From NCBI GenBank assembly GCA_963924565.1, contig OZ004609.1, positions 32,240,001-32,304,000 on the forward strand: DNA of 64,000 bases, given 5' to 3'. The position numbers were made by a program, and so were the translations under genes. A model generated the notes under the pieces. The model was given only the letters and a program-made list of their open reading frames with translations, ran no database searches and was not told where the DNA came from. Shown here in pieces: positions 22,601 to 34,600 of the stretch (position 1 is the first letter of the stretch; each line of letters opens with the position of its first letter). This DNA comes from Ascidiella aspersa (lineage: Eukaryota).

Positions 22601-25600
22601 TAGTCAAAAATGCAGCAAATTTGCTAACTATAGGATTACAAATTGTAAAACAAATCTAATTAATCGACAAAAAATCAAATTTAAAGTTAAATTCATTAAT
22701 CTTAATGATAAATGTGAAGTTAAACGATGTAGAACTTTTAACATTGCGTACTATTCTTAAAACTGAACACTTGATCAAAACAAAAAGCAGTGAACCAAAA
22801 TCTAAACAAACTATGCCGACATATTGAACTTTGAAAAAGGTGATAAAATAACATAGTTTCCCAAACGAGATAAAGGTTGAAATAATGCACTACAGAAAAT
22901 AAACGGTTTTTCTAATAACGACTAACTAGATCAAATTTAAATAAATTTAATATTTGTTTTTTCCAAAACAAAACTTATTATAGGTCACTTACTTCCTGGA
23001 CACACTGGACAGCAGTTGCCCTCAACGATGACCGGGCTGTCACACACAGGAGCCTTCGGACAGCGCACACTGGAGCAGTAAAGGGCGCCGTTGTTGCACG
23101 TGCAAGTCACGCAGCTAGCGCCCACTACCGTCTCGCCTTCAAGCACACGCCCACCGCTAGGTAGCACGCAAGAGAGGGAGTGTGGGATCAGCTGAGTGGT
23201 GCTTTCCGAAAGGTCTGAGCCGAAATTTTATACAGTTAACAGTAAATAGAGCTGGGTTTATCGTTTCCTTTTATGTTGTTTGCTTCACAGTATGAAATTA
23301 AACAGAGTCTGATCCTATTGAAAATAACATTACAGGTAACAAAAATCATTTAACATTAAAAAACAAATTAGAAACAGAACAGTAGTTAAGGATTGGGGTC
23401 AATAATTAGGATACTAAATAAGGTAAGCGGAACCTAGTCTTAAACCACAACTGTACTCAAGAAATAGCTTAACAAATAAAACAAAATTCTTTAATATTCA
23501 GTCGAATTAAATGTAAGACTTTAATTGGTCCTTCATAGGCCCTTTAAAATTATCCCAGTTTAAGAAACCCTGTTCTAGATTTTAGATGAGTATAAGATAG
23601 TCCTAACCAGGCCTAATCTTCAATTTTCTCAATATCAATGTATTGAGTCAAAATTTTAGCAAATATAATTACAATAAGAATTACACAGAAGGAAAATGCC
23701 TCAATTAAATTACAATTACATTAAAAACTAGAAATAATTACTTCAATTTCAATTAAATCAAATTCTGGTCCTAACTCTTGTCATAGCCGAAAAGAGGAAA
23801 AATCCCAGGCACTCACCTTCGGGGCAGGAAGGACAGCAAGATCCCTCCGTTGCGACCGGGTTGGAGCATCGTAGGACAGGACACAGCAGGAGATCGCACA
23901 TCACTCTTCCTCCTCTGCATATGCAGAAGTAGCATCCACTGCTCCACACTTCCCCGTCGTCCCGCCTCTTCCTCACCTCCGGGTCGCGACACGACTTGCC
24001 TCCCACGCTTACTGTGGAGGAGTTACGGGATGCTGCGGGAAGAAGAAGATGAGGATTAGGTGATTAGAAACAGGATAGAAGTAGAAAAATTACGTAAAAG
24101 GTCGCGAATCCTTGGTACCTTTATAAAGCGTAAGGTATTAAAATTATAAAAACATTTTTTCCATCCCTTATATCAATCTAACTGCTGTTTAAAACTAAAC
24201 AATACCAAACAATTTGTTTCTAACGATACGTAAAAGTTTACGCATAAACTATGAGAATCTGGCCTCTTTTTGCTACAGAAGAAAATATATTTTTTAACTG
24301 TTGATGATACAAAGTACGCTTCGAAACGTCTTTATCGAGATGCTGTCGATTGAACCGACCTTTTTTGCTTAAGATTTATTATAATTATCGAGAAATATAA
24401 CATAATTAAGCTAAACAAATGGGTTAATAGGTCTGCAATATTTCTCTATTTCCACCTTAAGGTCCTATTATCGAGAACAAGTTATGTAGACTGAAATATC
24501 GTCTATTTAAAATAAATCGCAAAACGACCGAATTTTGTGATTAAAATTTGAAAAAAAACAGTCTTATTTAACATTGATTTTGCTTTGTGATATACCACTC
24601 GATTGATTTCCGGACTCACGCAACAAAACTCTTTATTTAGCCCAATATGGAAAGTATAACGCTCTGCATTTTCCCCTATGATAAGAAAACCAACACGTCG
24701 TTACATTATCGAGATCTACAGGCGCTAATTCGCTCTAAATTCTTTAAACCTTGTGTATGGGCGTAGCATGAGACAGCTTACGGGGCTTTTCAAGACTTCA
24801 ATCTTTCTAAATCTCGGCTGAGAGACTGATAATAGATAATAACCCAGCAATCCTGCTACAGGCTTTAACTGAAAAGGGACGCGCATATCACAGCAAGACG
24901 TGGCAAGCGTGCCTTGACTGGAGTTGTTTGCTTTTGGAGAGTGGGTTGCGGTTGTAATCAGGTGTGGCACGGCCACGATAAGGCCTAAGACAAGTCTATG
25001 CCAATCGCCTAATTAAATATTAAAAGAGCAAGCAAATAATCTAAGTTATATTCTCATGGAAGCAATTTTTTCGAGGATAGAGTCCCAGTCAAAGCTGTTC
25101 TTTGTCATTGCGCTATAGAGATTTTTTATTTTTATTTTTTGTGCAAATAATATTTGGCTGCCTTTACGGGAGTCTCACGCCACATTTTATCGAAATTTTT
25201 TGGCAAAATCTTTCTCTTTTTTCTACCTTTGACAAATATTAAACAAGGATCGGATAACCGTTGCTAACAATTAACGACCTCAAGTATCGAATTTCGAACT
25301 TTAATTATACGTAGATATGTCAAGTTCCGATTGTACGATGCAAATCCTGAAATATACCAATATTTGTGAACTTATAAACGCAAATACCACACAGCTACCA
25401 CAGAAATCCTAAACAATCCGAAAGAGTTGTAGAGTACAACAGTAATAGTAGCACCTGTGAGTCGCAACATCATAAAGCGGTCTATTGTGTCAAAAATCAA
25501 AAGCTGCGTAAGTCGAGACTCAATCCAGACCGCGAATTCTAATCTTACAGAGCAACACGCAACGCCAAGGCAAGAGCGTGTTTTCCAGAGGGTACTCGAG

Positions 25601-28600
25601 GTCGCAATTCGTCACGGGGTTATTTGGGGTCGAGTTTATGGCTCCTATTAAAGGGTAGCCGAACCGCAAAGACAGGTGTTCGATTTGAGATGCCGTGAGG
25701 AAATGTGCGAGTTTATTTGGGCAACACGTCTCGAAATTTTATTTCTTTTGAGTTGAAGTGCCCGACACTAATAAGTTTCTGGTTACAACAAGGGCCGTGA
25801 CCAAGAGCAATATTAACAAAGCGTTAAGCGACCTTTATATTTTCATTTTGACAATTCATAAAATTGAAAATTTAGTAACGTTCTGGGTACTGCATCCCGG
25901 ATTTGTGTGTTGTTCGCTATTTTTCAGCGTATAACTGTATTTTTAGCCGAGGCGTTCATAACATCTGAAATTTTTAGACAGTCAGTCTATCCATCATATA
26001 ACATCGTCAATACAGTCTACTTTGCCTCCCAAAAAAAACGAATTTCAACACCGCCGACTTAAATCGAACCATACTTTTTTCCCGCACTGTTGAAATGTGA
26101 AATACTTGAGTGATATCCCAATAAGCACACTGCCACATTACTACCTTACTGGCATTTTCGTTTGCTACTTGATTTTTTAGTTTGCTACTGGATTACAACG
26201 GATACGAGTGTACAGCTAAATATACGATATGTTATGATAGTTTGAATTAACCTCCTTTTGTTGCAGTTTATTAACTTGTTTTGCTAATAGAGTTAAATGA
26301 CTTCAACCAGTTAAATAAGTCGTCTGAAACGGTATAACATAGAGCGTCAGTTGGTGATGTTATTTGCAACAAATAACAGGTAAAATCCAAATTCAATTTT
26401 TTGTCAAACCCCAGGAAATTAACAAAGTGAATGCTTTAAAACTAAATGGAAACCTGACACAAAACAAATTTTTCTTCGCTTCAAGGGTGCGTGACGTACA
26501 ATATCTAACAGCGGCTAGTAAAAGTACTTTCGTACAACCATGCTTCATCAGCTCAAAGTATAAAGCTATAGGTTTGATTACCCTATTTAGAATTCGAAAA
26601 GTACGGTCATTTACGAAGATTGTTAAAAGTATTTTAAGTGATACCGCAAAAAGTCACTTTTTCCTACTGCTCGTACCTTTGCACTTGCAGATGGTGCAAC
26701 CGAACATGTCGTGGTCCAAACCGAACTTGCACTGTTTCTGACACTGATCGTTGGAGGGACATCTCTTGCAGCGGCATCTGTCGCAGCCGTTCCTCTGCTT
26801 TCTGCACGGGTACGAGTGAAATTTTATCGTTGGTCGAGTAAAGGTTTAATATGCAATCCAAACAGCTTGATTTTAAAACAGAATTGATAAGGTTGTTTTA
26901 GACTCTAGAGCGTTTTTTTTTTTATTTTAACACATGATACGAAAACAAAATAGAATTGGAAGGCCATTTTTTGAACGGCCATAATTTTTAAAGCAAACAA
27001 ACAATTAGTAGTAATTTATTAAGGTTTACAAGCAATCCAAACGAAACGGTTTATAAACAATCCAAAACAACTTGATTTTAAAACAGAATTGACAAGGTTG
27101 TTTGAGACTCTTGAAAAACCTTGTACCTTTTTGGACAAATTTAAATTATAAAAAGGTAGTTTTGGAACAGCCATAGATTTTATATCATACAAATAGAAAT
27201 ATTTTTTACCATGGTTGACCTGAAATACCAGTACGATTAATGTGGCGAATGATTCTAGTAAATAAATATTGCGCGAAAATAAACCAAGAGCGACTCAGGA
27301 GACATTCGACGGCGACCTATTATATTTTTGTCTTTGTGAGCTAGACAGCTAAAGCTTCATATTTAACCCAAACGCCGAATTCGTAATCCAATCACGTACC
27401 TGTATCCGTAAGGGCAATCTTTGAAGCAGTCCAGCTTCTGGCAGTTGCCAGTGCCAGCTCGGACGACTAGGCAGTGGCAAGTCGGGCACCCGTCACTGTC
27501 CCTCATGTAGCCACCGGGACAATGGGACTTGCAGTGGGAAAGAGACGGACACAGGGCTGCGGAAAGAGGTAACGTTCAAAACTAGCAAAATTCCCAAGGT
27601 CTAAGGTTCGAACCCGGTAGAGGCAAAGTGCATTATATGAGGTTTAAGCAGTTTTTATATAATTACCCGAAGAGCGTATATCGCTTTACGAAAATCACTA
27701 AAATAGCATAATTAACCAATATATTCAAATTTAAAGCTCATTTCAACAAAATAATAAATGAAATAAGCTATTGTTGCCAGGCATAATATATAACGGAGTG
27801 TTGATCTTCCAGCAGAATATTAATAGATCGATCTATTATATATTCTGCTGGAAGATCAAAATAATAAATGTTAGTAAATTACTGTTGGCTTAATATAGAT
27901 ATTGAAAGGAACACAGAATGAGGTAAAGTTACTTAAGCAAAATTCTTATGTTGGAATTCAATGCGATTTTAATTGAAACCACCTAAAACGACCGTTGTTT
28001 GCGTGGTTCAAGATCCACTTGAACACCACAAAACACGTTATCGCTCCAAACACAGCGAAAGCCTACAACTAACAAAAACACACACTCACTTTTGACGCAT
28101 GCGCACACGCGGCAGTTTTGTTGGTTGACCCGGTAACCGTGGGGGCACTCAAGCGTGCAATCGTCCAGACTCGGACACACCGGAGCAGTGATGGTGATGA
28201 TTGTTTCTATGGAAACAAAGATGATTGAGTTTACGGCTTTGTTGATCAATTGGAATGTTGCAAATTTTTAATACACGAGAATAGTTGATAAAATAGTAAA
28301 AGTATGTGCTTTTTTAGCATATCGTATCGTTGATGCACTCCATATCATAAGATCAAAAAGAGCCAAAAGATTTCCAAAGATCTAGTGGATTTTAATAAAA
28401 ATAATAACCTTGGAGTTACGCTAACGTAAGCTACAAAACCTAAAAGTAAAATAAAAACATGATGCAGGAGCATAACAGTTGAGTTTGTAGTAAGCCGTGG
28501 TAAGAAACTCAAAGGCCATACAGAATTGTGTAGGTAGCATTTTAAACGTACTAATAAAGAAAAACTCATTTTCCCATAAACATTTTTGATAGTTTTTTTG

Positions 28601-31600
28601 CTGGAAATGGTGATGTCCCCATAGCTGTAACCGCAGTTCTACTTTTTCATTTCGAATCTTTTTAAAGCTTTGTGGAGCCTTTTGAATATGTAACGACTGA
28701 CAAACATACTTATATGTTTTTAAGCCAACTAATTTAAAGTGTTGTGTGGTCTGCTAAATAGCTTATACAGGGCTCCAGTCCTATGCCTTAGCAGTGGAAA
28801 TGCAACATTACAAAAAGAAATAAAATAAAACATTACGTCAGTCGGCTGTTGATGCTTAATCGAGAAAAGCAACCCGGGGGGAGAAACCCCTTGGCGAGAT
28901 TGCGGGGCGCCGTCGCGAAAAGGCGACGATAAGACAATCGTAATTGTGAGGTCACAATCTCAATCGAACGGGCGATAAGGTAAGACGCAATCGGATCTGG
29001 GCGACACGGCCTGGTATATTTCAGCGCCCGTCACACCAAATTTCGCACTCGAATGCGACAAGGGACGCTTTTTACGGTTTTCCAGTTTTCCAGAAACTTT
29101 TTCAAAACAATTTTATTTGATGGTCTGGCTTAGAATTTTTAAATTGCTACGAGAACGATTGTTGCTGTTCTTATAAGTCAAGTGAGTGTTTCTCAATCAT
29201 TTTTTGCCGCGACCCAAAAACTAAACGTAAGTACAGAACATCGAGACTTTGGCGAAAAATTTCTCTTCACTGAACCTTTTTGTGAGCAAACATATCATGG
29301 TAAATTACAATAAATAAGTTCTAATTTAATTAGTATCAGCCACGTTTTCGTGATGCTTCTGCAGTTTTCCCAAGTTTGGAGAAATCTTGCTCAGAATCAA
29401 TTTAATTAACCTAACCATATAAAACTATATATATATACTGCAGTCGGCGGCCCAAACAAATTAAACGGCCACTCAATTTAGAGTCGCGAACCATGAGTTG
29501 AGAAACTTCGCCTAAAATTAACCATTTAAAATTTTCGAACGAGTGCAGCACAAGAACTCAACGATTTTTCAAGTTTATGTGGAAAAAGCCGAAACAACTG
29601 CAATCACGGATAACAGTCGCCAGATTTTCTCAACTAAGGTTTCTCTTTTTAAGTGCTAAAGCACTCCAGCCGTCCAGAGGCGGATATGTACGGCCGCCAT
29701 CTGTCGACGGATTGATAGCAAATCTCTAAAATTGGCCAGATTGTTCAGCCGTTTTGAAATCGGCAGGCTTTCCTGTCCCAACAAACAGGCAGTTTCGCTA
29801 ACTTGAAAAGCGAACACTTACTAATCCTAATTTAATTAAAAATGGGAAATTAAATCAACGAAATGGCCTAAATACGCATACCATCCATGATTGTGAATAG
29901 TTTTGCACTTTATTCCAATAACAGTCCCTAAAATTGTGGGCAGTCTATATTTTGCGGCACTATTTTCAAATATTCCAAATTAAAAAAATTAAAACTTGCA
30001 AAGGGAAAGCTTTTGTCAATAGAAGCCTTGTTACTTCAAAATGTTGATTTATTTCATGAAAAAAAAACACTCCCTCACATAGAAAGAGCTATTTTGGGTG
30101 GTAAACCAAAGTTCATCTTGATGCACCATTACCATAATAATTTCGGACTATGTAGACACGCTACCAATTGGAATCGGACATTCCTGATAGTCGAAAAACT
30201 CTTAAGAACTAAAAAAATCTGACTCATTGCAAAAAAGGTGAACATTTTGACCCATCTCTGTTGTTTGTTGAATAGTGGCTGCGGAAATGCCGCTTCGCAT
30301 CAAGAGCGACGCGCGGTCGGCGACAGGAAACGGCGACCTTCGCGGCCCCTGTCATTATGTCGCGTGTCGCTTTGTCGCACCTGTCATCACGCGCCAAGCG
30401 TGTCGCGACAACGACGACTTTCGAGGATTTTTGGAATTTTTTCGAGCAAGCAATAAATAAACTTTCCCCTTCTCTATAAACCGGATGCACATAACCGAAC
30501 CAGCTTTGGAATTTTTTGACAAGGCCTTGTAGATAAATTAGAATAAATCATAGTCTCCATTGTTATAAACGATAATATCGGATCGGGGCCGATGTCCAAT
30601 GCCAAGTGGTAGTATCGGTTCTCGCCCGATACTAGGAAAATATCAGAGCCGATCACGTAACAAATTAGTACATGAATTTCATCCATGATTTGCGATAAAA
30701 GGCAGCGATTCTACCCTGAAACGTAAATTTATAAACACAAAATAGTAGGTTAAACTGGAGAGAACCAAACTGAGGTCCATGGACCCCTTGGGGGTCCGTG
30801 AACTAGTTTTAGGGGGTCCGTGAAGGCCTAATTAAAGAACTAGTGTATATTTAAGAAGTAATTATTTATTTAAAGAAAACACTTTAATTAAAAATTAAAC
30901 GGTTTTGCACTGAATGTATAGTTAGACTCCATTTAACTTTCGCATTTTTCGTACCGAAATAACAGATTTATGAAGTCTATTTGTACTGTGACGTCAATTT
31001 ACGACGTCATTTTGGAGCATTTTTTGCCTACCAGGGTCCATGCAAAGCAAAAAAAAATTTAGGGGTCCGCAGTGAAAAAAGTTTAAGAACCCCTGCTCTA
31101 AACGTTCCAATTCATTCTATTTTAGTTGTTTGAGTACATAGTAATGACGTATTTTGGTATCGGCATGGAAACAAAGTGTCAAGTATTGCACAAGGCCTAC
31201 TCTCATAGTTGCCATTTTCATAGCAGCTAGTTTAATGAAACAAAACTCCCGATGTTTAAACTGTTTGTCCACGTATAAGGCAAGCATTGTTTATCGGAAA
31301 TCGCTTTAAACTACTTTCAAGTGTTAAGCGATTACACTTCAAACCTATTTTATACAGGAGTGGTTATAACAGCCTCTTAATTCCACTCCAAACAAATACG
31401 CCGCATTCCAAATTCGGACGAAATTAGCCTTTTCCTACTTGTTGACCAGCTGTGCTCACGAGAGTTAAGAATTCCGGGGACATAAACATTGAGATTCGAC
31501 CGACTGGGAATAGACCGAGGGAAAGGAGAAAGTCATTTGCGGCCAGCTAATTCGACTTAAATTGGCGCCTTACGTTTATACGCGAAGCACGTTATTGGAA

Positions 31601-34600
31601 CCCGGCAAAACCTAATTTGAATGGGGCACTTGAAGCTCGAACAAGCTATTCCGAAGCATGTGTCATTCCGGACTTTGAATACATATTGTGATGCCTTTAC
31701 GCGATAAAGGCGCGATCGCCAAATATGGCGTCAAGAGATGTACACCAAGCCCAATTTCTTGGCATGAGATATTACAGCGGAACCGTGTAATGTAAGTAAT
31801 ATTCACATTTCGGGTGATGTGTAGTCTCCCATTTTCATGACAACTGGATTGTAACTTGCGGTCGGGCGTACTGTAATCGTTAAATATTTCAAATTAAAAG
31901 AGCGAAATCATTCGAATTAAGATACTGATGATGCTTTATAGAGAAATATATTTATCTTTTTATAGCATACAAAACAAACTGATTTTCGGTTTACTAAGTT
32001 TTGTACTTAGTTTAATCTTTACAAATGATGTGCAACCAGAATCGTTTGTTTTCGCCATTCGGATTCAGGCAGATTTTGCTATTCGAAAGAATAGTTTGAT
32101 TAAGAGAGCGAAATAAGAATCTTCGCAAAACAATATTTGAATAGGACACTAAAAGCTTAAATATTCTATTTCGGAGTAAGTGTCCGTAACTTCTCTATTT
32201 CTAAGATTAAATTATCCTCATTTTTAAGGATCTTAGTAAATTATTATGGTTCATAATTCGCAGAAATGTGATCAAGTCCTTATTCTTTCGGATATTTAAA
32301 TAAGCAACAGTTGTAAATGTAAAATCATATATTCTCAATTTTATGAAATTATAAGTTTTCCAGCCGTCCACGTTTTGGGTGGTGTAGCGGAAAACCCTGC
32401 CCATATTAAATAAACGATAAATATTATGATATTTAAACACGGTAAGGGGTGTGAAGGCCAAATAAGGCTGTTACGGTTTTGGGAAAGTCCAAGTCAAGCA
32501 CAGTCCTATCTTTTGAGTGAATAAAGCGCAACCATGTAATATAAGTAACATTCAAATTTTAATCTCCCATATTCACGCCATACAAGCACGGTACAAATAC
32601 CGTGCGCTGAATAACATTGTGTTTTGCGGTAAGGCACTGTAATTGCGCCTCATGGCGGAATTCACGGGTTTTTCGGGCGATTTTCAACGGAAATGGGCGT
32701 CTGGCTTTCGCCCGGTATTGATGGCTGTGTCGTGACTACGGCTATTCGCTTCCGTCGACTATTGAAAGCTCGCCGGCAATTATGGCATAACGGAATGCCG
32801 CCGTAGCGGCTTATCTCTGTCCCAGTAACGCTGTTCTGTGTGCAACTTTCGCATTTTTTTGGCTAGAATGCAGTTTGATTTAGTTAAGAGAAAATCCAGG
32901 TCAATTTTTTTAGGTCATTTTTTCGTTTCGAATACGGAGTGGTTACATTTTCAGATCGTAAAAAGGTTACTTTTGCATTAAATCCATTTTTAACCTTAAC
33001 GGAGTCAAATTTTTTGTTGGAAACCCAAACCAACTATTTTTTCACCTCCGTTTTTTTATTTAAAGCAATCTGAATTTTGTTGGCGAGAAACAATGCGACT
33101 CTTCACTTCTGTTTTATTGTTCGTTAATTGACCCTGCATTTTTCTTGGACGGTGAAACTATAGGCAACTTCTCTGCCCAGACCGTTTTTTCGCTTGATGG
33201 GCAATCTCATCATATATTGAACGGTAAAAATAAGATAAAACCGATGCCAAGGCTGTTTGCTGATAAAACCAGCCCAAAAAGTTTTATCTAATTTCTTATG
33301 AGTCCCCGCTAATAGTATATAAAGAAATCGTGTGCAAAATAGGGTACCGTCGCTTTTTGTGCTTCATTTTCGAAACGTAAATAGATACCTTCTTTTAAGT
33401 CCGATTATAAAGGCAGCAATTGTCGTCATTAACGTGCTTTAGGGCGAGGAGATATCTTCTTTTTTACATATTCAGTTTGCATAAAGGCAGCAAGTAAAGA
33501 ATACAATTAAATCAAATCAAGTCGTGAAGCAATAATAACCACAGCCATCTCGTAATGCAATAACATTAAATCCACCACGTAACGCAATAATATCAAGAAT
33601 TCAGTCTCGAAACGCTTTAATTGCATCAAGTGCGTGCTTAGGCCGACGCTTGACCGCATCAAGAAATCGCAATTTTATGGCAAAGGGGCGAGGCGATTGC
33701 TGCTGCTGCAAGTGCCATTTAACCGACAATTGTCTTAGCGAGGCAATTTGTCCACGGATAACCTGCAATTGTTGCAATTAAAACATGCAGGAGCAATCCG
33801 TTGAAGCGAAATAGCTAAGTGTTTTCTCACATGGGTGCGCTCCGGCCAATGATAAGACGTCATAATTGGGCCACGAAATAGCGCAAATTAATTAAGGAAA
33901 CAAGTTGAAATAGTAAGGCAAATAACAGCAGTAAGGCAGATAATTGACTTCAAGATCGTTTTTATCCTATAATAAAGTTTTTGTCAGCTAATTAAGCAAT
34001 TAAAAAATAAATTTGCGTTAATGGCAGCAGTTGTTTATTTGTTGTATGTTCTTAGCTTTTATTTCACGCTAAAAAAACGCAAATGTTCGTATTTCTTTTT
34101 TAACAACGTGTTGCACGTAAAGTTTAATGTATACATTCCAAAAACAAGAAATGCACACCAAACTATAGCTATACTTATTTAACTTTCACGAGGCAAAACC
34201 GCGACATCTAAATTTTAAAGCGCGTTGAGAATGTCACAGTATATTAATCCCGCCTTAAATATTAATTTTCCACGTCACAGCATCTAACTCCGCCCGGAAT
34301 ATTAATTTTCCCCGGGGCGTTCATTACCTGAAATAACACGCGTGCCCACAAAAGTCGCTTATCCTCGCTTACAAGGCCAAATCGCGCTGGCCTTTGTCGA
34401 ATTTTACGCTTTTTTTAAAGGCAAAGTCATCAGCAGTACGCATCGCGTACAAAATTAGACGCACCAGACGAATAAGTATATATAGGCATTAGGCGCCCGA
34501 CAAAGGCAAAACGATTAAATCCGTCACGTTTTAAACGGCGACGAGTTCACGGACCGTTGAGCCCCAAACGGTCGATCCCCGATATATTCGATCAGTGATT

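Noticed and set aside
28203-28216. X-box-like GTTTCTATGGAAAC
   Set aside because: Overlaps a CRIM1 splice acceptor and coding bases, so it is explained by those constraints
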